A stretch of 64,000 nt of DNA, from the NCBI GenBank assembly GCA_965644295.1, contig CBFFRP010000423.1:124001-188000 (forward strand), written 5' to 3'. This document shows, in pieces, positions 23,155-35,800 of the stretch. The position numbers were made by a program, and so were the translations under genes. Under the pieces are notes generated by a model, which saw nothing but the letters and a program-made list of their open reading frames with translations, did not search any database and was not told where the DNA came from. Position 1 is the stretch's first letter; each line of letters starts with the position of its first letter. Source of the stretch: Paraphysomonas bandaiensis (taxonomy: Eukaryota > Protista > Chrysophyceae).

Positions 23155-24658
23155 CTACGCTGAGGAGTTCTCAGACGTAGAAATAATAGTTTTCTCGTCT
23201 ATTAACTTAGACGTTGACGCGTTCATTCCCTCCTCACTTTCGTCATCCTCCAGCTCCTCTATGAAATAGTAAGTAATAACCATCCCTACAACAGAGAGAC
23301 AAGCACAGAGAGTCATCACCGTAGGCAGAGAAGTAACGTCGACCACAGCACCAAAAATGTAGGCACCAGCAACTGCCCCAAGTTTACCAGAAGCTGCAGA
23401 CAAGCCGTTCATGGTGGACCTAACCTCCTTCGGATAGACAGTGGAAGGAATGACATATGTTGTGACATTGGGTCCAAACTGCAGAGCAAAAAGGAGGAAG
23501 CAGTACATAGCAAAGAGAACATCGGGGAAATGTTTTTTGAGAGGAAAGAAACAAACAGCCATTACTACAAATCCAATAGCTGTCAGAAAAAAACCAGCAA
23601 TCTGAAGATTTTTCAATGTCATGTACGGCATCAAGGATATGGTTAGTATCACCCCAGGGATGCCCATAGATAGTGCTACTAACTGCTTCCAGGATAGCTG
23701 AACGATGCTATGATCCGATGAAATGTCGTCTGACTCCCCTCCCATCGAGTCCAGTATCTCCCCTCCAAATAGACCCACACCATAATAGCAAACGTCAAAT
23801 ATAAACCACGACCCACCAGTGCCGATAAGTTTTAGCCAGACATCCTTATGCTCTATGGCCTCCGCGACTATGCTCTCCTTTCGATATATATCGTTGATGT
23901 CAAGACTGGGCTTATGGGTTCTCTCATACCGCTGTTCGTTCTCCAGCATTACACAGATGAGTACAATCGTGCCAGGAATCACACCAAGTCCAAGAAGAAG
24001 TCGCCAACGCATGTTAGTAGAAAGGTCCGAGGCGGTGAAAATAAGAGCCAAAATCCAAGGAGCCAGGGACCCAGGTGTCTGCCAGAAGAACGACTTAGCT
24101 GAAGCGGCTGGGTTTGTCCCACCCGAAGATGCATCTTCTGCGGCTTTGGTAGCAGCCAGTGGATAAACACCACCCAAACCAATGCCCAAAAAGAATCGGC
24201 AGATAATAATTGTCATATATTTCTGGGTGGCATCTCCCATTGGTAGAACAGCTGAAAATAGTGCAGAGATAATAGCAATGAATTGAGTTAATCCCATTGC
24301 ATTCGTTCTACCCATCACCTATATAATATTTCATTAATATATATATATATATGTATGTATATAGACTTACATCCCCTGCATAACCCATACATAATTGTCC
24401 AGCAATTGATCCAGCAAATACAACAGCAGTAGCTGAACTAAGTACCCATGTTTCTTGTTCACCATCTTTACAATCATCTTTATCTTTTGTACATACAGAT
24501 ACACTCATAACTATTAATGCCACTGATATTGCTTGATAATTCATTTGTACACCAAAATTACCAACTGTGGTAATAATTGTGGATAATACTGAAGCTTTCT
24601 TATCTTTAGCATGTGACATATATCGTGGTCGATGTAATGCTTTCGTTAATTCAGACAT
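23155..24658 (-). CDS. MFS inorganic phosphate:H+ symporter (PHO84/PHT1-like); intron 24370-24319
   Basis: GQLCMGYAGDVMGR, RFFLGIGLGGVYPLAA, WRLLLGLG, LIGTGGSWFIFDVCYYG, QFGPNVTTYVIPSTVYPKEVRSTMNGLSAASGKLGA are PHS-family motifs. Confidence 0.9.
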
Positions 24659-24756
24659 TATAATGGAATTAGATATAATAATATGTATACATTAATATGG
24701 ATATGTATGTATATATGAATCTATGGTTATATATATACATATGGACACTGCTAGAT

Positions 24757-24950
24757 GTATGGAGACTGCTGTATGGAGACTGCTGTATGGAGACTGCTGT
24801 ATGTATGTATGTATGTATGTATGTATGTATGTATGTATGTATGTATGTATGTATGTATGTATGTATGTATGTATGTATGTATGTATGTATGTATGTATGT
24901 ATGTATGTATGTATGTATGTATGTATGTATGTATGTATGTGTATGTATGT
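24757..24950. repeat. 3 x 14-bp (TGTATGGAGACTGC) repeat followed by (TATG)n microsatellite
   Basis: Read directly; lies in the divergent promoter of the phosphate transporter and the 25609 gene. A degenerate (TATG)n tract also occurs at ~25190-25285. Confidence 0.95.
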
Positions 24951-25608
24951 ATCGCTATCTTCCATCCTTTCAAACTTCGACTTTTATGTGGTGTTTTGTA
25001 CCTTATTCATATATACATACGTACTTTTCTATACATTAGTTTCGTAGTATATTATCATGTTGTAGTTTAATCATTTCACAGCCACTAAAAACCTCTTCAC
25101 AAGAAATTGTTGATATCAAAAACAGGTGGTTTTGATTTTTCCTAGAGATTTTTTCTTTGACAGTACGAGCAGCAGATTCAGGATTGGGATGTATGTATGT
25201 ATGTATGTATGTATGTACGTATGTATGTATGTACGTGTGTATGTATATGTACGTATGTAGGTATGTATGTATGTATGTACGTACGTACAGTGTGTACGAG
25301 ACTGTACATACAGTATAAAGCAGTACAGGAATTGGGGAATTTCAGGAATTCTTCCCACCCCATCCTAAAAATTACACTTTTTCTTCCTGAAATCCTGCTA
25401 TTTCCGATTTCTGGAAATTGGGATATCTTCTCTTCCTGCCCCTATCTTACACTATGGATACTGCTGTCTGTCTGTACATTTCTCGATATCCATAAAAGAG
25501 AAAGTGGTGCATGTATTGCATGTATTTCTGGATCTGCAGAAACAATATGCACTCCAAGATGAGTGATATCATCATAACATTATTGCATATATCTCATTTA
25601 TTAATAAC

Positions 25609-27650
25609 ATGTATACAAAACTATTCACTCTTGCAATTCTTCTAACAATCCTTGTTGCTTTGGTATACTGGGATTCTGACTTGGATACCAACGACAGTGC
25701 TAATAATGCACACAGGACCACACCTCAACAGTCTCAACTACGACGTAAAGCTAAAGGGAAAAATGGAAAGGGTAAAGGCGGAAAAGGCGGAAAAAGCGGA
25801 AAAAGCGGAAAAGGTGGGAAGAGTGGCAATAATCAAATGATTGGAGATCTTCCTCAAGAGACAGTTGAATATATTGACAGCACAATGTCCATACTTGAAG
25901 GGGATTTCTTTCAACAACCAACAGCTGTTCAATCAGCGTATCTTGGAGCTGCTGCTACACTTAGTCTAAGTAATTTAATCAAGTCTGGGAATGCAACTGC
26001 CATAGACATGGCCAATGCGGAAGATTTCAAATTGCGAACAGTTGAATGCATGCATCACTTATCTGGTAAGTGGACAATGCGCTACAACCCATCAATATGG
26101 GATTCCATGATAATAATCTTAGTACAGGTGGAAACATCAGCGAAATATCGATTCTGATGAGTATCGCGGATGCTGCTACAATTTTTACCGATGAGGATGC
26201 CTTGGCATTTTTCGATCAAACCCATTTCGCTAACAATAGCTTTGAGCTGTATGTGAGAAAGGAGTCAGAGTGGGGGATCTCCTGTGATCTCGTGATGGAA
26301 CATGAACAAGAAGATGGTCAACAGCAGTCTGTTTTCGGTTCTCACGTTAGTGATGCTTCTTCGATAGATCTTTCATCCCCCTCGGAATCCAAGATATCGT
26401 TGACACAAAAGCATCCACCGAGAGTGTCGCAGGCAGAGGCCGATGACGGATGTGATATATCAGGCACAGTGCATGTATTTCATGTCAATGGTATAAACAA
26501 CGAGCCGTCTGATAGGCAAGCTAGTGCTGTTGCACTACGTAAACTGCTGGCAAATATTGAGGACATTTCTGTATCGTACATCCCTAATCCCACAGATGGT
26601 ATGTTGTCAGATCTATTCGAGGTGTTTAAATTGAAGCAAAAAGAGTATAATCTCGAACATGAAGACGACCCGGATGAGGAAGAGATCACTTTGGCTACAG
26701 TTGGTCGGTTCCTTGCGCTCAGGGCAGTGGCGGAAGTTTCCAAGATACTCCCAATTCGTTTGCATCCTCTTTATGGTGTGGCTTATTTGGCTGCAGTAAT
26801 AGAAGCCTGGGCGCATGTTGAATCTCAGCGTGCTGTTGAACGCAGCGATCGAGTCATTGCCCAAATCCAATCCAAACTTGACTACAGTATTAAAGTTGGA
26901 CGGGGTGTTGTGCTGGTGCCCCATTCCCAGGGGTGTTTACTGTCCAATGAAGCATGGCAAGGTTTGACCTCTCAAAATCAAGCTTATGTCTCCATTGTTG
27001 CAGTGGGTACACCCGCAGCTTATGTAGGGAATCCTTCCAATCCTTTTGATTATGTGCAACGTAATGATGATAGAGTAGTTAAATATCTTCCTAACGTGCT
27101 ACCGGGAAATGTGGAAGGCTTCGATGCAAACGTTTTGTATATCTGGCGTAAAAATCATGACTTCGTCAGTTCATATATTCAGGACCGAAACGTAGGAGCG
27201 GTAATGCGATCAAAAATACTTTATGCCATCGAAAACGTGGGCATTCCTTCTGATGCCAACTTCGGTGCAGGAGTTATATCCGCCACCTTGACATGGGGGG
27301 AGCAGCCAGATTTGGATTTGCATGTATATGAACCCATGGGGACGCATGTGTATTTTGGTAATAAAGTTGGACAGTCAGGCGCTCTAGATATTGATCATAC
27401 GACAGGCCATGGACCGGAAAATTATGTTGTTCATTGCTCAACACTACAAACTGGATCTTATGTGATTGGTGTACACTATTATCATGGCTTTGGGGATGAA
27501 GAAGGAGAACTGCGTCTATTTGCGGGTGGTCAGGTTCGAGAGCTAACTGTGCCAATGTACCTGGCTGATGAGAGTGGACCCGTTAAAATTGTTGCCACCG
27601 TGGAGGTAACTGCGGCTGAACCTCCTACGTTTGAAATAACCGTAAACTGA
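25609..27650 (+). CDS. Secreted/membrane-anchored 659-aa protein: K/G-rich tract + alpha/beta-hydrolase-like domain + DUF2135/YfaP-like C-terminal domain; intron 26066-26127
   Basis: Hydrophobic N-terminus; GKGGKSGK repeats; HVNGINN, VPHSQG (nucleophile elbow), NDDRV, NHDFVSSY; LTWGEQPDLDLHVYEP..LDIDHTTGHGPENY..GSYVIGVHYY. The phase-1 GT-AG intron joins the two ORFs. Confidence 0.75.
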
Positions 27651-28573
27651 GTTTAGTATTACATATTTTAAGGTATAAGTACTAGGCTAACAAATTTTTG
27701 ATTCTCTCTTACTCACTTACTAATACTAATGTCATGGGAACTATATTGTGCAACGCTGGAAAAGACCAAGATATTGTTTCGATTATATATATATACCAAT
27801 GTATAATAAATATTACTGGCAGTACATTACATATAGTGAATCAGTGATCTAATACACAAAATTCACTTATATCGTATGAAAAACAATATATGCTATAATT
27901 ATAGGAGGTAGTCTCGGTAAACATCAAAATAGTTATTATATTAATTTCCCAATCATACAGTGTAGCCATAGTAGAGGCTCGCATGCACACCACTCAAGAG
28001 AGGTGTTGCCCTATTCTGAGGGCGTGCTCTCTAGAATAGTGCTAGTGTTAACTAAACAAAGCAATGCATAGATCCTGTGTGTACTTTGTATATGAATGCT
28101 CTAAAAATTAATTCTAACATTCTATTAAAGCTTTCTTTGGAGTTCTATAACAACTGGACGCTACTAGTTCTGCTTCCTGATTGGTATGTATTGTCTTATG
28201 ATGTAAATGATGATATATGATATATATATGTATGTATGTACTAGAAGTGAGGGGTATCAATGTATCCACGTATTTTAATAATACTTTCACGTTGCAAGTC
28301 TTCAATGTTGTATTCCATGTGTTTGTTTTTTATAAATAACCGAGTAATATTTAAGCATCATGAGTATTGTATTCAATTAAAATCAAAAGTACAATCTCCG
28401 TGTCTCGAATGTAGATGGTGTCATAATATATATTGCACTTTACTTCCAAATGTCATAATATATATTATTTATTATTACCTACACTATACTTGCATAGCCT
28501 ATATGAGATTACGATAAACCCCGCGCATTCTAGGGGAGGAGGGGGCTCAGCCAATATCACGCTAGACTTATAC

Positions 28574-28760
28574 TAAGTCATGCATGGTCACGAGTAGCTC
28601 CGCGTAATCTTTGTTAGGTGTGGGAAGGTAAACATGGTCCTTCTAGAATCTGCGCGAATTACATGCATAAGTCATGCAAACCTATGAGAAATCCCGCATA
28701 ATCTTAGCGAAGGTGAACACGTATGGGGCAGCAACAGAATCTGCGCGTGATCTATGCGGT
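28574..28760. repeat. Degenerate ~92-bp direct repeat (2 copies) in a GC-elevated intergenic patch
   Basis: taagtcatgca at 28574 and 28668; ccgc(g/a)taatct in both units; agaatctgcgcg at 28645 and 28736. Confidence 0.6.
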
Positions 28761-30166
28761 CAACTACGTTGGTACACGAGTAGGCGGGTGGTAGAATCAG
28801 TGCTATATCTCGATGTGATAGCTAGGTGGTGTACCAGCGAGCCTACACTATGAACACACTGTCGGAATAATGGGTCACTTGCAATTATAATTGACTACAA
28901 CCTGCGTCAATTAATTGACAGTTCATTGATACGCTACCCTGTTGCATACTAGTTGTTCTAGTCATATGTATATATCATTGATAGGATCCACACACATGTT
29001 CTCTATTCATATGATACTTATATTCTTAGTATGTTTGCTTGTTTATGTTACACTGGATATCAGATATATCCTTTGAACAGTTTAGTTGGAGTGACCCTGG
29101 CAAATAAGAGTATGAACCATTTGATAGTGACACCATAGCCTCTCCTGTGGACAATATCATAGAGTGGGGGGTGCGTATCGGCAGTCAGCATCTTAGTTTT
29201 CGGAAATAAATTGAAGCAAATACTCTCTATATTACTGAACTACAACTACGGCTGGAATACAGATAATTGTTGACTCAATATTAGAGGCATCTTGGAACAA
29301 AAGTACACAAAGGATGCCTGTATGCATTGTCCTCTGCACAATAAAAATACTTATAATTCAGAATTCTGCGTATAAATATCCTGGTTTTATTGTGAATACT
29401 GGTTTTTTCTGGTCGATATATTCACAGTATACGATAAAACTAAAAATCCTGGATTTGTTTGCCAGATCATGTCTCCTCCCATGCAGAGAGGGATATTTCA
29501 AGCGTCTAAAAATCCAGGTTTTTTAGTTGTATGTTGTTTTTTGTTGTATGATGTCCTGAGATGTCCAGAACATACCCATGTGAGGATACGGTATGTGTGT
29601 ACATATATGAGAGTGTGTACATATACATATAAATATATTATTAATAGAGATGTGCAGCTATACTTCTATTAAGATCTAAAGATCTATCAAGAGGGGTGAT
29701 CTCAATGCAATGAAGGGGTATGTTCAAAGGGGTGATATACAAGGTGAGAAAATGTTGACCAGACAAAAAAAATCTAGAAATTACCCTTTTTCGTTTTTGA
29801 CAGTATATAAAAAAAGGATATAGCTAGAAACCTGCGGTTTTTCCCACCCACGGATATATGATAGTTGTACGTCTTGTGTACACATGTACACATTGTTGGT
29901 GTATGTATCGTATCATATAGTGGACAATGAAGTAAGAAGTCTAAGAAGTTGAAGTAAAGAAATGAAGTGTTCAAGTAGAGTATGTGAATATATATATATA
30001 TGAGTATGTGAATATTAAGAAGAATATATTGGGTCAGTTCATATATAAATGTATGTATATATAAATAGTATGAGTCATCTCATACATTACACATACATCA
30101 TAAGCAGTCTCATTATATCATCATTCATCATCTCATATATTACAAAACACATAATATTCATACATA

Positions 30167-32238
30167 ATGCCAGTAGAAACACGTCATTGTGAAAAAGAAT
30201 TAATCAATCATACAGGAGAATTTAATGATAGTGCATTAGAGCATGTGAAAGGTTAGATATATGTATCTATGGTGATCTATGATATAATCTCATATATATA
30301 CAGATTGTTTACAAGGATATAAATTCTTATTAGCTGGAATTACTTCTTGTATATCACGTGCTGATTTGGAATCATTTATTCATCATTGTGGAGCGGATGT
30401 ACACAGACGTGTGCTGTCCGATACAACACATCTAATCAGGCATATACACACATACATATATACGTATATATGCACTTAGACATATATACATACATACAGT
30501 ACATACACACACATACATATATACACATATATATATATACATATATATTGCAGAGTAGATACATACATATGTACTCACACTCATACAGATATGTACATAT
30601 GCACTTACGCATATGTACTTAACATATATAATGTACTACATCTATACTTACATACACACACACAGCTAATATTGTTATTCACCAATCACAGAGGCGACAA
30701 AGTCGGAGATCATATTCACTTCCATGACGAAAAGTATGTCACTCCTTTCTGCTCCTCACAACGTGTTATAGTTTGAATACAGCACTAAGGTTGAGGACGA
30801 GAATATATATAAGGAGGCTGTGGAAAGAGGAGGCGTCACAATTATCTCCATTCAACAATTCTTTGAGCTTGTGGCGGAGAAGTAAATGACATGAAAACGC
30901 TATACTTATGTGACAGTATATTTACAGATGTCCCGGGATGAGCATAAATCGTGTTTTACACCCAGAGAAGGACATGGTTTTTACTTATCACCCTGACTCC
31001 AAGCCCCGCCACCATAAATATTCTCTTGAAATCGCCAAGTCTGACAGATCCAAGTATGTGTGATATTCATATCATTTCATACTAAGTTTCGTGAGTATAG
31101 GTGCCACGGCCATTGCCAAATGCTTATTCCGAAGGGTAATCAATATCGTGCACAAAAAGAGGACTTTCAATAAACGATTTCGTTGTCCGCAGGGGTGGTG
31201 CGTCTACGTGCCTGTTTTCAGCCTCCAGATGAGTGGATATACTTTCGTTGTCTTGGGTGTATTACCCCTACCATTCTCCATCATATTGAGAATGAATGGA
31301 GTCGTGCAGGTGACATCTATATAATTATATCCATTGCTCTTGTATTCTTGCACTAACTAAATACTTATGTCTTTATCGTACAACGCGATACATAGGCGGT
31401 CTGAAGGGCTTTGTGTCAGCCCAGCCTGAGGGGGTCTTATCTATATTTGATCCTTCACTCCCAACAAACGCTCACCCGTCTCTCACATCGTCGCAATGTA
31501 GAGGTCTTGTCACCTCTACGGGTATGCATGAAGATTCCCCGCAGGCAGCATTGTTAAATCTCCTTCGGCTCAATGCCGAGAGAGAGCGTGAGCGCAGAAT
31601 GCTAGAAAAGGAAGAAAGACACAAACTAAGGCAACAAGCTAAAGCCGGACATAATAGTGGCGAGGCAGCTGTTTTAGAAACTGCGGTGGAGAATGATAGT
31701 GGAGGGGCAGATTCAGGAGCCAAGCGCCCAATTGCAGATGTAACTCCCGAGGAAGAATCAAAGGAAACAGATGTAGATGTGCCGAATAGGTAAATGGTGA
31801 CTAATTAAAATAGTGTAATGTCTTGAATGTGAGTTGGAATAACGATTGTTACTGTGGTAGCGAAGTTCTGACTTGAATTCGTTTGAGTAACCTCATCAAT
31901 TACTATACTAGTGCCCCGCTAGGTGTCCAGCGCGAGATTCGTGATTTTCTTGATAACGTGCTTCACCGAGACATTGCAGAATCCGGAGGGCTAGTGCCTA
32001 CTTCTGACCTCGTTATGGGCCTCGGGAATGAAGAGGGTTCCGTGACGGTAACGGAAACAGTCTCGACTGAAGCCCGCACAGAAACACCGAACGAGGTTCG
32101 CGTGGAGGGGCATGTTCGGAAGAAGCGAGTATCTGTAGCTACAGAAAAGTCCCTCCCTCCACAATCTCTTCCTACGTATGTATAAATATATACCACTACA
32201 AATATAATGCTTACACATAACATGTATGCAGGAAATAG
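30167..32238 (+). CDS. BRCT domain + PARP-type zinc-finger protein (many small exons)
   Basis: Manual splicing gives CLQGYKFLLAGITSCISRADLESFIHHCGADVHRRVLSDTTHLIRG...YKEAVERGGVTIISIQQFFELV (RFC1/ligase-type BRCT) and SLEIAKSDRSKCHGHCQMLIPKGVVRL...WIYFRCLGC (zf-PARP-like); stop ~32236-32238. Confidence 0.65.
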
Positions 32239-32825
32239 TGGTCCATTCGCGTATTACGAGTATGGATGCCACGACCATTTCCCTCACTTACGCATGGGAG
32301 TATGTTGCGGAACTACTATCGGGTCTTTTCGGTAATTTGTATTTGAAGTCACGAAAGTCTCGTTTCATACGATTACTAATTCTAATTTTGAGCTAGTTTT
32401 AGCGTAACGAAATATTCGTTTGATTTTGACGAAACAATTTGAATTCTATGTGAAAATATAAATGGTTCCGATCTTGATGTAGGTATTACTTCTATTAGTT
32501 TATTGATATATATAATTAACGATACTTGGATTACAACACCACGGTTTCGATAACAGTCCCTACTACTTGATATCACAAATATATTATTATCGGTGTTTTC
32601 AATACTATATATTACATTAATAATTTGCAAATGCTAAGCCGATATACACTTCACCAGTTGTATATCAAGAGAACAATGGTTAACTATGCTACAACTATTC
32701 CTATGTTGAGAAAGGAGGATAAGTAGTGATCAACACACGTACAAATTGCCCGAACAGCAGCATGAACATATGTACCTTGTTCGAAATGTAATGAGTACTT
32801 GAACACATAAAAACTAATAGCAAAA

Positions 32826-35800
32826 TTATTTTCGCTCTCGTTGTCTATACATTCTCAGTTCCCGCATGAGCTCACCATTCCTCTTCTCCAGCAATTCCCT
32901 TCGTTGTCTTTCACCTTCCCACTTCCGTAGAGCATCTGCGACTTCATTATCGTGATCATCATTTCCACTTTTATGAACGGTTGTTCTACTGGGGCTTCCC
33001 ACATGTGGCCTAGTTAGAGATTGAGTTGTTCGAGGTCGTAGAAACATCGACCCAGTGCTTTGGGGTCCCACCGTGTCGTGGGAGGAATCACCGCCGCCAT
33101 CCAATGACTTTCTGAGCATCAATGAGCTCTCGTGAATCTTAAGCTCCGCCCCCCGCAATTGCTGTATTAAGAAAGCAATTTTGTCTTCATACTCCTTTTG
33201 TTGTTTCTCTAACTTTCGTGTCAGATCACTGCGTGTTCTGTGCAAAACTAATGCGAGTTGCTCGAACTCTGCGTTCTTGTCATCCAATTGTAGTTTGACC
33301 TGCTGTGCATCTTGTGTCGTTTTCTGGCTTCTGCTCACCAGAGAGAAAGACATCAACAACGCGCATATGCCAGGTACTTTTATACCCCTACCTTAACTTT
33401 TCTTCAATGGCTTCTCGTGTAAGATAAGAAAGAAACCCCGTAACTGCCGGCGTTGGAGAATACTTTGACTGCGAGGGAGGTATCGATAGGTCGCCCTCAA
33501 GCTTGCTCTGCATCTCGCTAATGAGTGCATCTTCCAACTCCCGAACTGAGGGTGGAACACCGCCATCAGACAACTCGGTACTCGTCTGATAAGCAGCCTT
33601 AGTCCTAGTAGCTGGAACTGTCTTATTCAGTGTGGATTGATGCAACTACATCACATATATATTAGACGAAGCTGCCGATTAGGACACCTACATAATACCT
33701 CATTGAGCTGTATCTCAGCATCAATTGTTTCTAACTCATCCTGTGTAACGCAGTGTGATTATATAGATATAGCAATGATATAAGACTACATTGAGCTCTT
33801 GTAGTCTATGGATCTCTTTCTCAGGTAGTGCGCCACTATCGATACGAGTCGTCAATTCCGCAAGGTGCTCCTATCACAGCAGCATAGCATGAAAGTGTTA
33901 TAGTGCTTCCGAGGAAATCAAGCACCTGATAACTACGAAGCATCTTATCTGCATCCGCGATCTCTGTTAGCATAGATGCCTCCTCTTTACTGCCCACGAA
34001 TTCTCTGTCATTTTCTTGAGCAAGTTTTAACGCTTTCTTTTTCGTCGCCAAGACTTGGACCTGAGACTGAATACGTCCCTCCACCTAACAGCACAACATG
34101 ACAACACAAATAAAATCACCACCAGGAGTTGACAAAATAATACAGATGTAAAAAAATACCTCCTTGCATTGCTTGCTGAGAGCAGCTTCTCCATGCTGCT
34201 GCTGCTTGATGAGCGCACGTCTTTCCTTTTCAATCTTCTCTTTCTCACACGTGAGATTATCCAAGACGCTCTGCAGATGGGAGTTCTCGTCACTAAAACA
34301 TATATATCGTTAACTGCCGCTCCAATGTTTACTATTAGCTGCGTACTTCGCTGCTTTCACTGAAAATATTTTCTGGATTTTCCCCTTGATCCACTCTTGT
34401 GCTTCCTTTTCCAGAGCAATATCCGCGGCACTGGGGGACTTCTTTGCGGCACCTAAGAGCACATCTAAGGTGATTTTTCTTACCATTAAGCCATAGTGAT
34501 ATACCTCGAGGTGTTTTTTGACCTTTCCCACCATCCCCAGAGTGTCTACGTAGATAACCCCCAGTACCATCCGCTGCGCCTTGTCTAGGTGGAGGGGGAA
34601 GCATGCATCCTTTTGCCTGGCTCGCCAAACTTTCCTGCAGTTCAGCATTTCTAGCTTCCAAGCTCCTGATTTGTTTCTGGGACTCTGAGGCACGTTTTTT
34701 GTATGATTCCACCTTGTGAACACCAGTCAGACATATATACATAATGTGCTGAAAACAAACCTGCTTCGAAAGCGAATCAACTTTCTGCTTTTGCTTGGAC
34801 TCATCCTGTAGTACATCACCGTTTTTCTCAATAAATTGTGAACATACCGCTTCCATTAGGGTCCTTAATCTTGTATGTTCCTTCTTCATAGCCTGCAACT
34901 CCTGGAAATAAAAATATCAGTATTTATATGTACACTGGTTTCATCATCAGTAGTCCTCACATGCAGGAGGCCAGTAGATGGGTCCGCACCATCATCCCGT
35001 ATGCTAGCAGTCATTTCCATACTTGCATTTAGCTGCTGCTGTTCTCGTTTCCACTGCTTCCGCATTGCCGCAATCTCCTCCTGATACACGACAATGACAT
35101 GCAGAATACACAAAATATAATTTGCACACCTGAGCTTGGCGGATTTTGAGCTCATAGTCCTTTTGCTTTCCCTTTATGACTTCGTCAGTAGTACTGGTTT
35201 CTTTGGCTAGATCGCTGAGCTTGGATTTTAGTTCTGCACTCTCTTTCTCCATTTCCTCGATGCGAGAAGCAAACAGTTCTACCACATAGTGGCATCATTC
35301 GGATAAAATGTAAAATACAAGGTAATTCACCAGCTCTATCGGATGTTTGCTTTTGCTCCTTGGCCATTGTAGAAATCACCTCCTGTAGATAAATAAGATT
35401 CATATAGTTCAATAATAAAAATATAAGAACCTGCTTCATTTTAATTCCAATCTCTAGTTCCTTCAGACGTCTTTTCAGTTGACTGCGACTGCTATCAAAG
35501 TCTTCCTATATATCAAGTGGAACAAATCATAATCTCAGCTTCTCAAAAGCAGGTGTTACCTTCTGTTTCTCAGCCAACGCGGTAGCCAGAGCGCATTTCT
35601 TATCCGCTACATCTCGTTCAGCACTGAGCTTCTCCTTCTCCCTTGATATTGCTTCAAGATCTTCCAGTAACTGTGATACGTGCGGCTCTGAGTGTACACA
35701 CATGACACAATAAATGACAATGACAAACACTACTTACCGGAATTAGCTACTGCCATGCTGATATCCATGTTATCGGGGTTATATTCATCGCTGTGCGAGG

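Noticed and set aside
27970-28045. Small multi-hairpin (cacc/ggtg, gccct/agggc) ending near CTAG: Helitron 3' end or ribozyme?
   Set aside because: Stems are only 4-5 bp, there is no hammerhead core, and no matching 5' end or second copy is visible.
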